Shown: piece after piece, positions 24,913-38,846 of the stretch
Numbering within the stretch: the first letter of the stretch is position 1
Layout: the number at the start of each line of letters is the position of its first letter
Origin: Ranitomeya imitator
Lineage: Eukaryota
Assembly (NCBI RefSeq): GCF_032444005.1
Contig: NC_091287.1
Span: 504,494,001 to 504,558,000 of the forward strand
Direction of reading: 5' to 3'
Length of the DNA: 64,000 nucleotides
Notes under the pieces: generated by a model
What the model was told of the DNA's origin: nothing
Databases searched by the model: none
The model's input: the letters and a program-made list of their open reading frames with translations, nothing else
Position numbers and translations under genes: made by a program

Positions 24913-27053
24913 TATGTACCACAACATCATAATAGTTGCAAGTTTTGTGACGCAATATAAATCCACACAGTTTTTGCAGGTGAAGAAAACGTGTAAAATT
25001 GGTCTTGTCTATAAAAAAAACACATAGCAGTTATTAATACGGTTTTTTTACTATATGGTTTAAGCCTTCTATTGTACCAGTCCCAATAAACATGTCTAAA
25101 CTAATGTTTTCTCCTGTTAGTACACTACTCTAAGCGCACTCTACCAGAAATGCCTGTCTGAATCAGCGCTGAGGCTGCAGTAATCACAGGATTCTTTTTA
25201 GCAATCAAGCTTTTTCTCTCTTCCCATAATTAAATAAGATATTCAAATTGATTTATTTATTTCTCTTTGACTATTTATCAATCAATCTACGGTATCTATC
25301 TATCCATCCATCCATCATTATCTCTCTATTTCTGTAGCTAGGAGCAGGGAGGAAGTAAAGGACTCTAATTATTCTAGAATTCTTCTACTTTATCTCATGA
25401 ATGCAGAATGTAGCCTGAAGGTGAACAATATAGAGCATCCATTTTTAATTTTGGGTTTATCCAGAGAGTTGATAGGTGGATCACTAGGGTTACACTTCAA
25501 GATGCAATGTAACCCCCTACATTAAAGGGACATTTATTAAAAATATATGATTTTGCCATTTATGAATTATGATTATTATTATTATTATTATCATTACATT
25601 GGCATAGAGGGAACAACGGCAGCTCCATGCGGTTACTCCATGAGTTAGGGGAGATTATTTGGATGCATAGAGACCGGTCGCAGGATGGTTCCTAGCGCAG
25701 CATTTTGAATGCTCTTTAGAGCTGTGATGCATGAAGGTCAATTAGCAGAAGGTTAGACTCGTTAGGCTGGGAGACACGAGGACATGCATTAGTGTTAGCT
25801 CCAAAGTGACATAAGAGCTAATGGATTTAAAGAATATTGGTAGCACGCTTAGGACCGATGCAAGGTATCTGTGTGTGAAAACGTTTATTTAGTATCACAC
25901 GAAGCTGAACAGTGAAGAAGGAAGCAGAGCCTTCTGGGACTTGTAGTTTGTGAGCGTCACTAGGAATCCAGAGCACAAGTCTTTATAATGGTCAGAGCAT
26001 GAGGGAAGCAGGATGGGGAATATTTACCAAAAGTGTCAAAATGTTCTAAAATCTACCCAACGTGACAAATGCACTAAGCATAATTATTTAGCGGAAATCT
26101 ATGTTTTGGCACAAATGTGGTGTACCAGCCTACTGGATCAACAGAACTGCACCCTGCTAGATCATTGCTCAGCCCTTGCGGGAAATCAGAACCACCAAGA
26201 GAGCAGCAGAATAAGAGCAGGTGCAGACAAGCGTTCTTTCGGTCCGAGTGTGATCCAAAAAAACATGGGCCAATCTTAGTCTATGGGGACGTGCAGACAT
26301 TAAATATGGTCTTAGGCCAATTATATTTTCCTAATCCATATTTATTAATATAATGAAATCATCCTTTATCACTATTTGGCCCCAATATTTTTTTTTTTTG
26401 CATTTGGATGAAATAAGCCCGGACTGATGGTTCATATCTACAAGCAACATCACCATTGATCATCTGTCAATATCTGTGAATCCATCGTCTTCTGAAATTG
26501 TCACTTAGCGGAGATGCTGGCAGTCAGCAGTTTTCCTAAGAGTTCCCCTTCTTAACGGCAACAATGATTTTCTCAATGATGGATGTCGAAGGCCGTTCTG
26601 AATATCTTTTGTTGCTTTGCTTGACCTGAATATTTTCTGTATCTTTGCTCCATCTGAATTCCTTGGTGAATTTCGACTCCTCGGTATCGGCTGACAATGT
26701 TCCTGCAGAGAACGTCCAGACTTGTCATGATAATGTTAGTCCGAGAGTTACATGGCGGCATTTCCTCCCTAAGCACACAGTAACTATAGGGATTGCCCAT
26801 TTCTGGATTAACACTTAGGGGCTAATTTGTCATTGAATTTGCTTGTTTTATTTTTCTCATTTTTGGCAATTTTTTCACTTTGCCTGTTTATTTTTCACTT
26901 GTTTTTTTTTGTGGCTTTTTAAAGCTCTTTGACACTTTTTTTGTTTACAAATATGGAGCCAATTCCATTTTTTTTTCCCTTAGTCATTTGCATCTTTTTC
27001 AAACGTCACACATTTTTTGCACAATTGTAATTATTTTTTTTCCCCACAATTGT

Positions 27054-27333
27054 GGGCAGTACAGTGGCTCAGTGGTTAGCACTGCAGCCTCGCAGCGCTG
27101 GGGTCCTGGGTTCTAATCCCACCAATGACAACATCTGCAAGGAGTTTGTATGTTCTCCCCGAGTTTGCGTGGGTTTCCTCCGGGTTCTCTGGTTTCCTCC
27201 CACATTCCAAAGACATACTGATAGGGAATTCAGATTGTGAGCCCCATTGGGGACAGTGATGATAATGTGTGCAAACTGTAAAGCGCTGCGGAATATGTTA
27301 GCGCCGTATAGCAATAAAGATTATTATTATTAT
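27054..27333 (+). mobile_element. tRNA-derived V-SINE with L2-like 3' tail
   Basis: A box TGGCTCAGTGG (27065-27075), B box GGTTCTAATCC (27109-27119), V-domain gtttgtatgttctcccc...ggtttcctcccacattccaaagac, tail gattgtgagcccc...tgtaaagcgctgcgg...(ATT)n. Confidence 0.92.
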
Positions 27334-27819
27334 ATTTTAAATGATTGCCTCCAATAAAGTCATCTTTGAATCTGCCGAAAATTGATCAACATTATGTGTT
27401 ATTTTTGATTGATTAATTTGTTGAAAAATCCTCCAAGGCAAAAAAAAGAAAAACAATACAAAAAAAAAATAACCATACTTTAAAAAAGCTGCCTTAATTT
27501 TTCATTCACATAGATTTTTTTTTTTGTGCTTTTTGAGAGTAGCGATGTATATAATTTTTTACGTAATGAATAAGGAGAGCTTTGTGTGTGTTTGTTTGCA
27601 TTATACTAAATAACCCATTACATTAATTCCGTGGTTTATTAGTCGTAGGATACCTACTAAATTTAGTTTTTCATGTAATATGTAATATATGTGAAGATTT
27701 AAAAAAGTGTGCAATTGTGTTCTAGTAACCCTAGTGGAGTACAAAATCTACTAGTTTTTTTGTGGAGTTGAAGACTACATACAACATCTTAAAGCTTATT
27801 GTAAAGGTCATACGACATT

Positions 27820-28042
27820 TGGTGTCCCGCAAGGTCTCTGAGGTTGACGGGACAGGTGTCCACCAAGGTCTCTGAGGTTGACCGGACAGGTGTTCCCCAT
27901 GGTCTGATGTTGACGAAACAAGTGTCCCCCCAGGTCTCTGAGGTTGACGGGACAGGTGTCCCCCAAGGTCTCTGATGTTGACGAAACAGGCAGGTGTCCC
28001 CCAAGGTCTCTGAGGTTGACGGACAGGTGTCCCCCATGGTCC
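27820..28042. repeat. ~34-bp tandem repeat, ~7 copies
   Basis: gacaggtgtcccccaaggtctctgaggttgacgg units. Confidence 0.9.
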
Positions 28043-28074
28043 GATCATTTCATTGGGAAATCCAGTCACTCTAC

Positions 28075-28539
28075 TGAAAGGTGGTGTCACCATCAGCATA
28101 AACGTACTGTGATCACACCCAGGATTTCACCCCTCAAACTAGTTAAATGCACTTGTAGCTCATTCACAGACAATGCCAACAATACCTTTACATGGCCAGG
28201 CTATAGGACTATTGTCGATCTGAAGCCTCTGTCACTCCAGCTCTATTTCCCACCCGTCACCACCTCCTTCTGCTTGACTGAAGGTTCCTTTGTCTGAAGT
28301 CACACTGTCAGTGAAAGAGGAGGAGATGGCACTGGGCGGGGAATCGAGCTGGAGTGACGGAGAATTTAGATCTACCATAGCCCTTCAGCTAGATTTACAT
28401 ATCACTTCAAACACTGATTTCTCAGTAATGGAGGAATGGACTGGTCATGTAAAGGTATTGCAGGACTTGTCTTTGAAAGAGCTACAGGCACATATAAATA
28501 GTTTGGGAGGTGAAATCCTGCTGACGGATTCCCTTTTAA
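28075..28539. mobile_element. Old fold-back T2/Kolobok-type MITE
   Basis: Inverted pairs 28119-28200 / 28441-28521 and 28231-28285 / 28310-28352; right end ctgacggattcccttttaa. Confidence 0.6.
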
Positions 28540-29764
28540 GCAATTCAAGAGGCTGCGATTGTAGAGTCTTCCAATTCTGCCTATAGGGCAGGAGATTATT
28601 CCAAAAACAGGGAATCTTATTAACCGTTTGTTCTTGGAGCAGTAGCACATAGGGAAGTGCTCACCCCCTCTACTGTAGTACAATAAAACATGGCTGCAGA
28701 TTAAGGACCATGTACCGACTGCCACCAATGGACGTTGGGGAGAACACAGTGTACTGTGAGCTCCCCCTATTGGTGACTACAGGTAGCCAGAATTCAGTTT
28801 TTTTTATCCCTATGCAGTGTATATAAAAAATGTAGCTCTAACGTTTCTAAAAAAAATATATCAGAAAAGGAATTAGCTCAGAATATTGCACCTATACACG
28901 CGGTGTCAAGAGGCGGAAGTTCATTTATGCTCCTCCATCTTCTTTTAAGAAATTGAGCCCTATTACTATTTCTTGAAAGGCTGGGTGTTAATATGACAGC
29001 CATATGGCTACTCACCGAGGTCGCCCAAACTCCTTCCCGGCAAGTCTATCGGGTCCTCATTTCATAGGTTTGGGAATAATGGCCATATGAGTTATCACCA
29101 AGAGACAGATATACAATGTGAAATGAAACCTGTACAGTGCGTTTGTAGTAACCTTTCTTGGCTTTGTGTTGAGAGGTCCATAATACAGTTCCCGGTGGCA
29201 TTTTTGCTCCTATATGCAGTGAATATTCCCTAGACGTGGACGTTGCCATCTTCCAGGCTGGACATTGCTCACTGAGCTCCATCTAGTAATAGCACTAATG
29301 AGTTATATGCGGCTTTCTGAATCAGCCATAGTTCTGTAAGATCGGTGATGTGCTCGGAGAGTCGCGAGCTCATTACATTACAGTAATTACATGGCTTCTG
29401 TAGGTTTCCCGCAGTATTTTCTTCACTATGTCTCAGATTCTGCTTGTTCGAGGGCATTTTATTCATCTCTACATCATTTCGATATAACAGCCATCTAGTA
29501 ACATTTCATAGTTATGAAATCACAAATTTGTATCTGTTTTATGCGTACAGTACTTGAGCTGTATTTTATGCCTTTTTATTAGATGATAGAGATCCTTCCC
29601 AGCTGGGAGGGAGGCGGGTTACAGTGCAGAGAAATGGCATACTTCCTATGGATGGATACGTAATTAGCTCTCCTCTTCTGTGTTTTCTGGAGTTCCTGCC
29701 CCCCGTCAGTACAGAAAAGGAAACTGGTTAGCTGTGTGAGAGAACGTTGATGTAGTTCTTCTTA

Positions 29765-30735
29765 TAAAGACCACCGATGGTAAATGGAATATCACAGGCT
29801 AGGCATTGTTTAATGGGAAACGGATGGACAAATTAGCTCTCCTCGAGAAGAATGGAGACTAGATACCAGATTTAAAAGTTTTAAATAACTAAGACTGTTC
29901 TGACTCTATATCTAGCCTGCTAGTATGGGGCTTTTGAGACACTATTTCTATGGATGACTCTATGTACCAGTACACACACTAAGTGATTTCATCAGATGGC
30001 CAAACTCCACTCCAGAGGCACATATGAAGATTCTAGAAGAAGGATTATTTTCAAGCAGAATTCTTGGATTATGCACAATTACAGCAGGTAGAAAGACCTC
30101 CAATGTGAATGGAATCTTACAGGCTAGGCAATGTTTCATGGGAATCGGGTATACAAATGAGCTCTCCTTGAGAAGGATGTACTTAAAAGCTTCAAATAAG
30201 ACTATTCTGACTCTAGAACTAGGCTGCGAGTATGGGGCTTTTGAACTTTTCTATGGATGTCACTATGTACCAGTACTCGCACAAAGTGATTTTATCAGAT
30301 GGCTTAACTCGACTCCAGAGGCACATGTGAAGATTCCAGAAAAAAGTTTATGTTCAAGCTGAATTCTTGTGTTATGCACAATTACCGTAGGTAAATAGAC
30401 ATCTGATGGTGAATGGAATCTTACTCTCTAGGCAATGTTTCATGGGAAACAGGTATACAAATGAGCTCTCCTTGAGAAGGATGGAGAGGAGAGACCAGAT
30501 TTAAAAGTTTTAAATAAGACTATTCTGACTCCATATAACTAGGTAGCAGCTCGCGAGTATTGAGTTTTTGAGGCACCTATTCTCTGGATGTCCCTATGTA
30601 CCAGTACTCGCACAAAGTGATTTTATCAGATGATTTAACTCAATTCCAGAGGCACATGTGAAGATTCCTGAAGAAGGTTTATTTTCAAGCTGAATCCTTG
30701 TGTTATGCACAATTACAGTAGGTAAAAAGACAATT
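29765..30735. repeat. Diverged tandem triplication, unit ~305-330 bp
   Basis: gcacat(a/g)tgaagattc at 30018, 30321 and 30653, with collinear flanks. Confidence 0.9.
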
Positions 30736-31454
30736 CTAAACCAGAGCTGTGTAGAGATGATGCTAGCAAAATGGATGACAAACACTGATTGGGGAGGAAG
30801 AAAGAAGGGTGGGGTTAGTGACATCAGAGCTTGTGAGACAGGGAGAGAGATGGGACAAACCTCTAAAATTCAAACCTGATTACACGTCAACAATACAATG
30901 GCAACACAATACTGTATGATGCCCAAGTCGTGGGCCACGACAATGACCTCTTTGGTTGTCTTTATATGTGTCATTTTTATGCTGTCTGCTCATGCAGTTT
31001 ATGAAGCCAAAGCTAAAATAGGAGATGATTAAAAAAAAATAATAATAATTCCTATATAATTGCTCTACTTTTACAATCCGCCCCTGACATTGACTTTAAA
31101 AATTTCAAGAAAAAATGCACATGTAGAAAACAAAGCGCACCACCCTGCAATCCACTGAAGTTTCTTCTAGCCGCATAGTTTCCAGATATGCTATATAGGG
31201 ACTGCTCCAGTACAGCAGAGTGATATTTGGTGTTACCTGGTGGTGCTGTTCTCTGGTTTAATGATTCTCATATGCTATAAGAGAGGAAATAGCCAAGTGG
31301 GGTCTTCATGAGTCGGTCCTACAGATTTGGAGGATTTGGAGCTACCGCAAGGAAGAGTTGGAAAATATTGCCAATTATAGATGTGCCATGCTTATAGGCT
31401 CCTACCCCCTAAAAAAAGACTAAATACTGTCATAATTCAACAAAGTGTCAGTTT

Positions 31455-31632
31455 AAGGGCGTGCATATTTATAAAACCACATTATTATAGTTCTTTATTT
31501 TTATTTTTCCAGCCGAAAAGATTTTAGTTTATTTTTCAATTGAATAACATGAAAGGGGGGAAATGTTCTGAAATGATTCCTCTTGGTATGATTTTTTTTT
31601 TTATAACAAAACCCTGACTTTTATATCCACTT
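31455..31632 (+). mobile_element. Tc1 right-TIR remnant
   Basis: gttctgaaatgattcctcttggtatg...acttttatatccact resembles the reverse complement of the Tc1 left end at 8113-8210. Confidence 0.6.
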
Positions 31633-32808
31633 TCTGCACAGTAGACATTAGAGTTGGCAATATCGAATTGATTCCAGTCCATCGTTCACGTCCAGATGGG
31701 AGCAGAAGAACCATCTCATACCTGAGGAGGGCATCCGCAGCTATTCGTTTATTTAGCCAGCCCGGCATGACGCACAAGTAACGTAGTGCCAGCAGAGGTG
31801 TGAATGCCGTTGGGTTTAGAGAAGGCTTTCCCGATCGCAGACAGATACCATAGACCACTTTCTTGACCGATGAACTAGGACGTGCAAGTTGATTCCCACC
31901 AACTCTTGTAGACATCACTGCAATGTACTGATGCTCATGAGCCAGTAGAGAACTCCACCCCAAGCTACTTGAAGAACTTCTGTCCGGTATCTGGTATCTT
32001 CAGGTCAGCCGGGCAGTGTCACCATGTCGGTCACGGGTACATACGGTGACATGAAATCCCCTGATTGATAGATTGGATCCTGTAATAGATGTGCTACGAT
32101 GTTAGCTGTATTGTCTCTGTTCTGGCTATGAAACAAACCGCACCGTGAGGAAGCTGACACCGCTCCGTAACCGCAAACCGGCGTTTCCTCCTAATGAATG
32201 AAGCAGCTACAATAGATAGTCATCGCTGCCACTGATGATTATACTCTGGCATACTACAGCCAGTTTATTGCCCAGCATGTTGGCATGTCCAATATTGTGA
32301 ATAGCATCTCTGCACCAAGAGGCATAGAAGCTAAACTCTGCACAGAAATAGTTTGCTACATGTATTATTAAATGGGTGTTCCTGGCATCACTAATTGGTA
32401 CTATATTATTTATATCATATACAGTAAGTGGTGGTTTCATTCACTTGTCCCACATGATAGACTTAAATGTATTCTGCCTATTGTCAAGTCTTTTTTATTC
32501 TGTATTTATTGCTCACGCTGACAAGTATAATCAGGTCTGGACACTGGTAGTTTGGGCGGTAAGTTTAAAGGGGACGACTGGTCACTTTATTTATTTCCCT
32601 TATTTTAGAGGGATTTTCAGAAGTTTGCTTCACATTGAGCTTAATGATATCAGAAATATAAGAAGTAAAAAATGACCTGTTTGATTCTATAGGACATTGT
32701 GGTCATTCTCTGTAACATATTATTGTGCAGGAGGAGGAAGGAGGAGCTGTGCCAGGAACGTCACCCTTGGTCACTGCTGTGATCCTTTGTCCTTTTTGCT
32801 TCTGGCGT

Positions 32809-33850
32809 AAAGAGTACCTATCACCAAAGTTTTCCTGCTGAACTGGGCACACAATGTAATGGTGATTATAGAGTGGAATAAAATGTTTTTATTTATATTT
32901 AAAATGTATTTAGCACCCAATTAGTTAACTTTTTTTAAATAAACTCCATGTGGGTGTTATCCGCGTTTTTACTGTGGCAAAAACTTCTTCTTCTGTATCA
33001 TGCTGACCAATCATAAGCTGGTAGCAACACAGTGGAAAAAGAACACGCCCCTACAATAATCCAAAGCAGGTTTCTCAGTGTGTGAGATGTAACGTTACAG
33101 CTGTGATCGCCTGGTCTGACCTCCTGCATGATTAGAGAGCACAGATGGCTAACACCTTTTAGATTATATCCCTGCAGCTGAGTTTAGCTGTGTCATATTA
33201 CAAACCCTGTTATTAGATTTCCCCCTCTCGTAGCACTGTCTTCTCTGCTGCACTGCCCCTTCTACACATTACCTGTCTGGAAATCAGAGCTCAAAGTGTC
33301 GGTATCACACTTCTGTATGTCATGGTCAGCTTGTGATGGCTCTGCTCTGTATGTCTTCTCAGATATCAGTTGTCCAGAGCAGTCTACTACTATATGAGAT
33401 GTAATGACACCCTGTTCTCACTGCAGAGAGATTACAAATTGCTTAAGCACAGCAGACATATGTGGGATTACTGATATTTTGCAGACAATATAGGGGAAGG
33501 CAGCACAGCAGAGCTGAAAATGCTGTGAAAGGAGGAGAACTAATGCTGCACTTTCCCCACACAAACCTTGTCTGATTGGTGTTAGTCATCTGTGCTTTCT
33601 AATCATGCAGGAGGTTAGCCCAGGACACCAGGGCTGTATACTTACATTTGACACACCGAGAAATCTGCTCTAAGTTACGGTGGGGGCGTGTTCTTCTTCC
33701 CTTTGTGTTGCTGCCTGCTTATGATTGGTCAGCATCATACAGGGAGAAGAAGTACCTGCCCCCAGTGAAAACTGTCTGATACCTAAGTTAACCTATTAGG
33801 TGCCAAATACTTCGATTGCTAATATTGCTTTAAAACTCAGACAAAATTGT
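32809..33850. mobile_element. Old fold-back element (probably T2-like)
   Basis: Inverted pairs 32993-33052 / 33682-33742 and ~32905-32930 / 33785-33805; termini uncertain. Confidence 0.5.
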
Positions 33851-34469
33851 ACAATGGCACAGATTTAGGAAATAAGATATGAAGATTGTCCAGGATTATG
33901 GAAAGCATAGCTGTTCTCATTCAAAAACAGTGGCATGCCTTTTCATGGTATTTCTGCTCCATTCACTTCAATAGAGCGGAGTTATAATACCAGCCAGAAC
34001 TAATGTAAAGTTTTTGGTACTGTTTAAAAAAACAAAACAGCCATAGTTATCAAATGCTTCATAGTCCCTTTAGAGAGGTTGTCCCTTAATAGAATAGCAT
34101 AGATAGCAACTACTTAGATTGCTCCTTTAACCACTGAAAGGGGTTGTATTTTTTTAATCCTTTCGTTTCCTGTGCAAAAAAAAAAACAAAAACAATGTGG
34201 CTGCCGCAGTGGCTTCAACATCACCACTTCAGTCAATCATTTGGCTGAACTAACTAGTGCCGTCTATATAAATATCACATAAGTGATTGGCTGCAGCTGT
34301 CATGATGTCGATGTTGCAGCCACCTTTGTGCAGAGAAAATCAACACGATAATAAAAGAAATTAAATAAAAAAATCTGTTAGCACATTTTGACACCAGCAC
34401 AACGTAGACACCCTGATTCCAGGAATGTGCCACTCACTGGGCTATTTGATGTAGTTTCGATAAAATCAC

Positions 34470-34647
34470 AATTTTATCTGTTGATTATCACTAAAGGACT
34501 AGTAAGCCTGCTGTCAGGTAGTCCTCCATTTTCATGAGCTCTGTATAACCCCACCCCTACCTCTGATTGGCAGCTTTCTGCTTATGCACAGTGTAAATGG
34601 AAAGCTGCCAATCAGTGGCGTGGGCTGGGTTACACAGAGCTCAGCAG
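34470..34647. mobile_element. Internal palindromic core of a T2-like MITE family
   Basis: ctgattggcagctttc...gaaagctgccaatcag; the same family occurs at 55182-55540. Confidence 0.6.
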
Positions 34648-34649
34648 TG

Positions 34650-35290
34650 TGTCATGTCCTCTTGGGAGGTCTGGGGTTAGACAATAGTTAGTATTGGGAA
34701 TTTAAGGTCTCCCATTTACCCTGTGTGTTTTGTTCCACATATTAAACTGACTGTGTTTCTTTTGGCGCTGATGAGGTTAACGACTCTTTGAATGCTGGTT
34801 GAAAACATACTGATCCATCTCACAGCTGTTTCTGACCTGCTCATATTCTCTCTCTATAAAACCTGGCTAGACCTTCTCATCTTCTCCTGGTAAAGTTTAC
34901 TTCCTGAATTGCTGGAGTTGGTGTGCTGAAGTTGGAGTTTGTAGTTGCTGCTGGAGATTGTTGTCTGCTGGTTTTGAGTGTATGCTTTCTCCTTAATCCT
35001 ATTCCCATTTGGTTAGTACCTCTGCCTATCCTTCCCTTGATTTCTCTCTACCCTTGATGAGGGGTTTTGTATGCAAGTTGTTTTTTGTTATCCCTGTTTT
35101 TCTTACGTGTTTATACACTAACATATCTGGTCCAGGCCACCTGGGGATGATGAGAAGACAGCATATCAGGAGCATACGGTAGTAGGTTGGAGACTCGGGC
35201 CTCTCTACCATCAAATGTACCCCCGGCACAGGGATAGTTGGGGCCCCAGTTCCAGGGACAGTTTGAGGCAGGGTTTCCGATGGAGTAACA
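34650..35290 (+). mobile_element. Solo LTR-like element (Ty3/Gypsy type)
   Basis: TGTCATG...GTAACA termini, TATAAAA at ~34856 followed by a T/G-rich tract; no matching TSD seen. Confidence 0.55.
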
Positions 35291-36669
35291 AAATCCTGGT
35301 GACAGATTCCTTTTATGTGGTTGAAGACACAATCTTATTTCTTGTTGTCTAGGCTGCTGTACTTCTTTATAGTTGCACTGGTTTGTTCCAGTGTTATCTG
35401 AGGCCTCTATGAAAGGAAGCAGTGACCGTTACAGCAATAGATGTGCCAGAATCCTAATAATTGGGTTGCACAGACTGCAATACTGTGGCGGCGGGTGCTG
35501 TCGGCTACCGGTCCTCCTATGAATGACGCCTCTTCCCGGCTGTCTCACGGTTGCTTAGTCAGGGGTAGTTCACAATGTATGTTCTCATTATTTTCCTGCG
35601 CTCGGCTGTTTTTCTCTCCAGGCCGCTGGGAGGAGTTCGGGGATTACAATGTGCCTGTGCGCCTTCAGCTCTCCCCTTACGTGATTTTGCCATCATTCCC
35701 GGCAGCATATTAAAGGGGGAAAAAAGGCGTCATAAAATCACGATTATTGGGAAAGTTTCTATCCACTGGTTTACAAGGTGCGCTGGAAATGAATGAGTTT
35801 GATTAGGATGATTATGGCGGCTGGTAGCTATTAGCCATGGCACAAATACTGCAGGCTGTGTCATGTCAATGCAGAGAATCACATCTGACGGGGCTGGAAT
35901 CACTGACTTTTTTTTCCCCCCTCCATGTGTTCTTAAAATAGATGATCGTCCTTTCATTAGATTGCGGTTGCATTATAGAACAACGTTGGGGAATGGGAGG
36001 GATGCTGCTCATTTTAATTGAACAGGGGGGAAGAAGACATTAAAAGCGTAATTTGCTGAATCTCCCATTATCTTGCGCAGGCTATAGCCGTTTACACACC
36101 AGGGAGAACGCTGGGCCGCGCTGCTCCTGCCTGCAGCCATGGAGCATTAGTGGAACGCACAACACAAATGAGAATTATTCGTTAAAATGGCTTCTCCATA
36201 CTACGCCTGCATCCTTTCCCAGCTATGGTAATCCGCCATGGTCGGGACACAGGGATCCGGCAGCAAGATAGGAAATTACCCCCCTCCAGAAAAAAAAACC
36301 AACAATTAAAAAAACAACAACTCTGGAACAGTAAGGATCAGGCCGGCACATTACGGGTGCCAGCGGTCAGTGTGTAATCGCTAATACTGCCCTGGTTACT
36401 AGGACTGCCGAGAAAATGTGTATTAAAGAAACCCCGTGCCAATCCCAGGGCAGCTGGATCAGCAGGGACATTAATGCCTTTCTTAACCCATTGCTTGTCT
36501 CCTGGCAGGCGCGCGCATCACCGCTTTTATGCTGACTGAGCGCAGAGTGGCACAGGCAGCGCTGTGTGGTTGGAGGCTTCCAGCACTGTGAGGGTTAACA
36601 GTTGTAAGCTATTCTGAATGAGGCAGAAGCCAGGGATATTTGTTCTAAGATTTCTAAGATTATTATTTA

Positions 36670-37610
36670 NNNNNNNNNNNNNNNNNNNNNNNNNNNNNNN
36701 NNNNNNNNNNNNNNNNNNNNNNNNNNNNNNNNNNNNNNNNNNNNNNNNNNNNNNNNNNNNNNNNNNNNNNNNNNNNNNNNNNNNNNNNNNNNNNNNNNNN
36801 NNNNNNNNNNNNNNNNNNNNNNNNNNNNNNNNNNNNNNNNNNNNNNNNNNNNNNNNNNNNNNNNNNNNNNNNNNNNNNNNNNNNNNNNNNNNNNNNNNNN
36901 NNNNNNNNNNNNNNNNNNNNNNNNNNNNNNNNNNNNNNNNNNNNNNNNNNNNNNNNNNNNNNNNNNNNNNNNNNNNNNNNNNNNNNNNNNNNNNNNNNNN
37001 NNNNNNNNNNNNNNNNNNNNNNNNNNNNNNNNNNNNNNNNNNNNNNNNNNNNNNNNNNNNNNNNNNNNNNNNNNNNNNNNNNNNNNNNNNNNNNNNNNNN
37101 NNNNNNNNNNNNNNNNNNNNNNNNNNNNNNNNNNNNNNNNNNNNNNNNNNNNNNNNNNNNNNNNNNNNNNNNNNNNNNNNNNNNNNNNNNNNNNNNNNNN
37201 NNNNNNNNNNNNNNNNNNNNNNNNNNNNNNNNNNNNNNNNNNNNNNNNNNNNNNNNNNNNNNNNNNNNNNNNNNNNNNNNNNNNNNNNNNNNNNNNNNNN
37301 NNNNNNNNNNNNNNNNNNNNNNNNNNNNNNNNNNNNNNNNNNNNNNNNNNNNNNNNNNNNNNNNNNNNNNNNNNNNNNNNNNNNNNNNNNNNNNNNNNNN
37401 NNNNNNNNNNNNNNNNNNNNNNNNNNNNNNNNNNNNNNNNNNNNNNNNNNNNNNNNNNNNNNNNNNNNNNNNNNNNNNNNNNNNNNNNNNNNNNNNNNNN
37501 NNNNNNNNNNNNNNNNNNNNNNNNNNNNNNNNNNNNNNNNNNNNNNNNNNNNNNNNNNNNNNNNNNNNNNNNNNNNNNNNNNNNNNNNNNNNNNNNNNNN
37601 NNNNNNNNNN
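36670..37610. other. Assembly gap
   Basis: Run of N. Confidence 1.
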
Positions 37611-38846
37611 GTATAAGCCGACCCGAGTATAAGCCGACCCCCCTAATTTTGCCACAAAAAACTGGGAAAACTTATTGACTCGAGTATAAGCCTAGGGTGG
37701 AAATGCAGCATTTACCGGTGAATTTCAAAAATAAAAATAGATCATTATTTCCCCATAGCTGTGCCATATAGTGCTCTACACCATTCATATTTCCCCATAG
37801 CTGTGCCCCATATAGTGCTCTGCACCGTTCACTGTGCCCCATAGCTGTGCCATATACAGTGCTCTGCACCGTTCACTGTGCCCCCTAGCTGTGCCATATA
37901 CAGTGCTCTGCACCGTTCACTGTGCCCCATAGCTGTGCCATATACGGTGCTCTGCACCGTTCATTGTGCCCCCTAGCTGTGCCATATACGGTGCTCTGCA
38001 CCGTTCGCTTTGCCCCCTAGCTGTGCCTTATACGGTGCTCTGCACCGTTCGCTGTGCCCCCTAGCTGTGCCTTATACGGTGCTCTGCACCGTTCACTGTG
38101 CCCCCTAGCTGTGCCTTATACGGTGCTCTGCACCGTTCACTGTGCCCCATAGATGTGCCATATACGGTGCTCTGCACCGTTCACTGTGCCCCATAGATGC
38201 TCCACATTAATCTGTGCTGCAGCTGCTGCTGCTGCAATAAAAAAAAAAAAAAACATACTCACCTCCCTTGATTGCAGCTCCCGGCGTCTCGTTCCGGCGC
38301 CTCCATCTTCCCGGCGTCTCTGCTCTGACTGATCAGGTAGAGGGCGCCGCGCACACTATATGCGTCATCGCGCCCTCTGCCTGATCAGTCAGAGAGCGCA
38401 GACGCCGGGAAGATGGAGGCGCCGGCCGGGAAGATGGATCGGCGCCCGGCGGCTGGAACGAGGACAGGTGAATATAACATACTCACCTAGTCCTGGCGAT
38501 CCTCGCGCTGTCCCCTCCTGTCTTCGGCGCTGCAGCTTCTTTCTCTATCAGCGGTCACCGGCACCGCTGATTAGAGAAATGAATAAGCGGCTCCGCCCCT
38601 ATGGGAGGTGGAGCCGCTTATTCATTTCTGTAATGAGCGGTCCCACGTGACCGCTGAAGAGGGGAAGAAGCTGCAGCGCCGAAGCCCGTGGGACGGCAGG
38701 GACAGCGCGAGGATCGCTGGGACTAGGTAAGTATACCCCAGCGCCCTCAGCCCCTCACCTGCCGACCCCACCGCTACCGTGACTCGAGTATAAGCCGAGG
38801 GGGGCACTTTCAGCCCTAAAATTTGGGCTGAAAATCTCGGCTTATA
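37611..38846. mobile_element. pogo/Tigger-like non-autonomous element, termini lost in gaps
   Basis: Subterminal repeats ctcgagtataagccga at both ends, finishing ctcggcttata; internal inverted modules at 38290-38425 and 38520-38700. Confidence 0.7.
37755..38200. repeat. 44-bp tandem repeat inside the Tigger-like element
   Basis: ctgtgccatatacggtgctctgcaccgttcactgtgccccctag, ~9-10 copies. Confidence 0.95.

Noticed and set aside
22560-25027. Y/L/S/I-rich ORFs
   Set aside because: Translation of (TATC)n microsatellites.
27054-27125. tRNA gene
   Set aside because: A and B boxes continue into a V-domain and LINE-like tail, so it is a SINE head.
28290-28586. 98-aa ORF as a possible exon
   Set aside because: Lies inside a degenerate fold-back MITE and resembles no RIM sequence I recall.
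29930-30000. Possible hammerhead (minus-strand CTGATGA...GAAA...GTC)
   Set aside because: No stem I or II pairing, and the other repeat units read CTGATAA.
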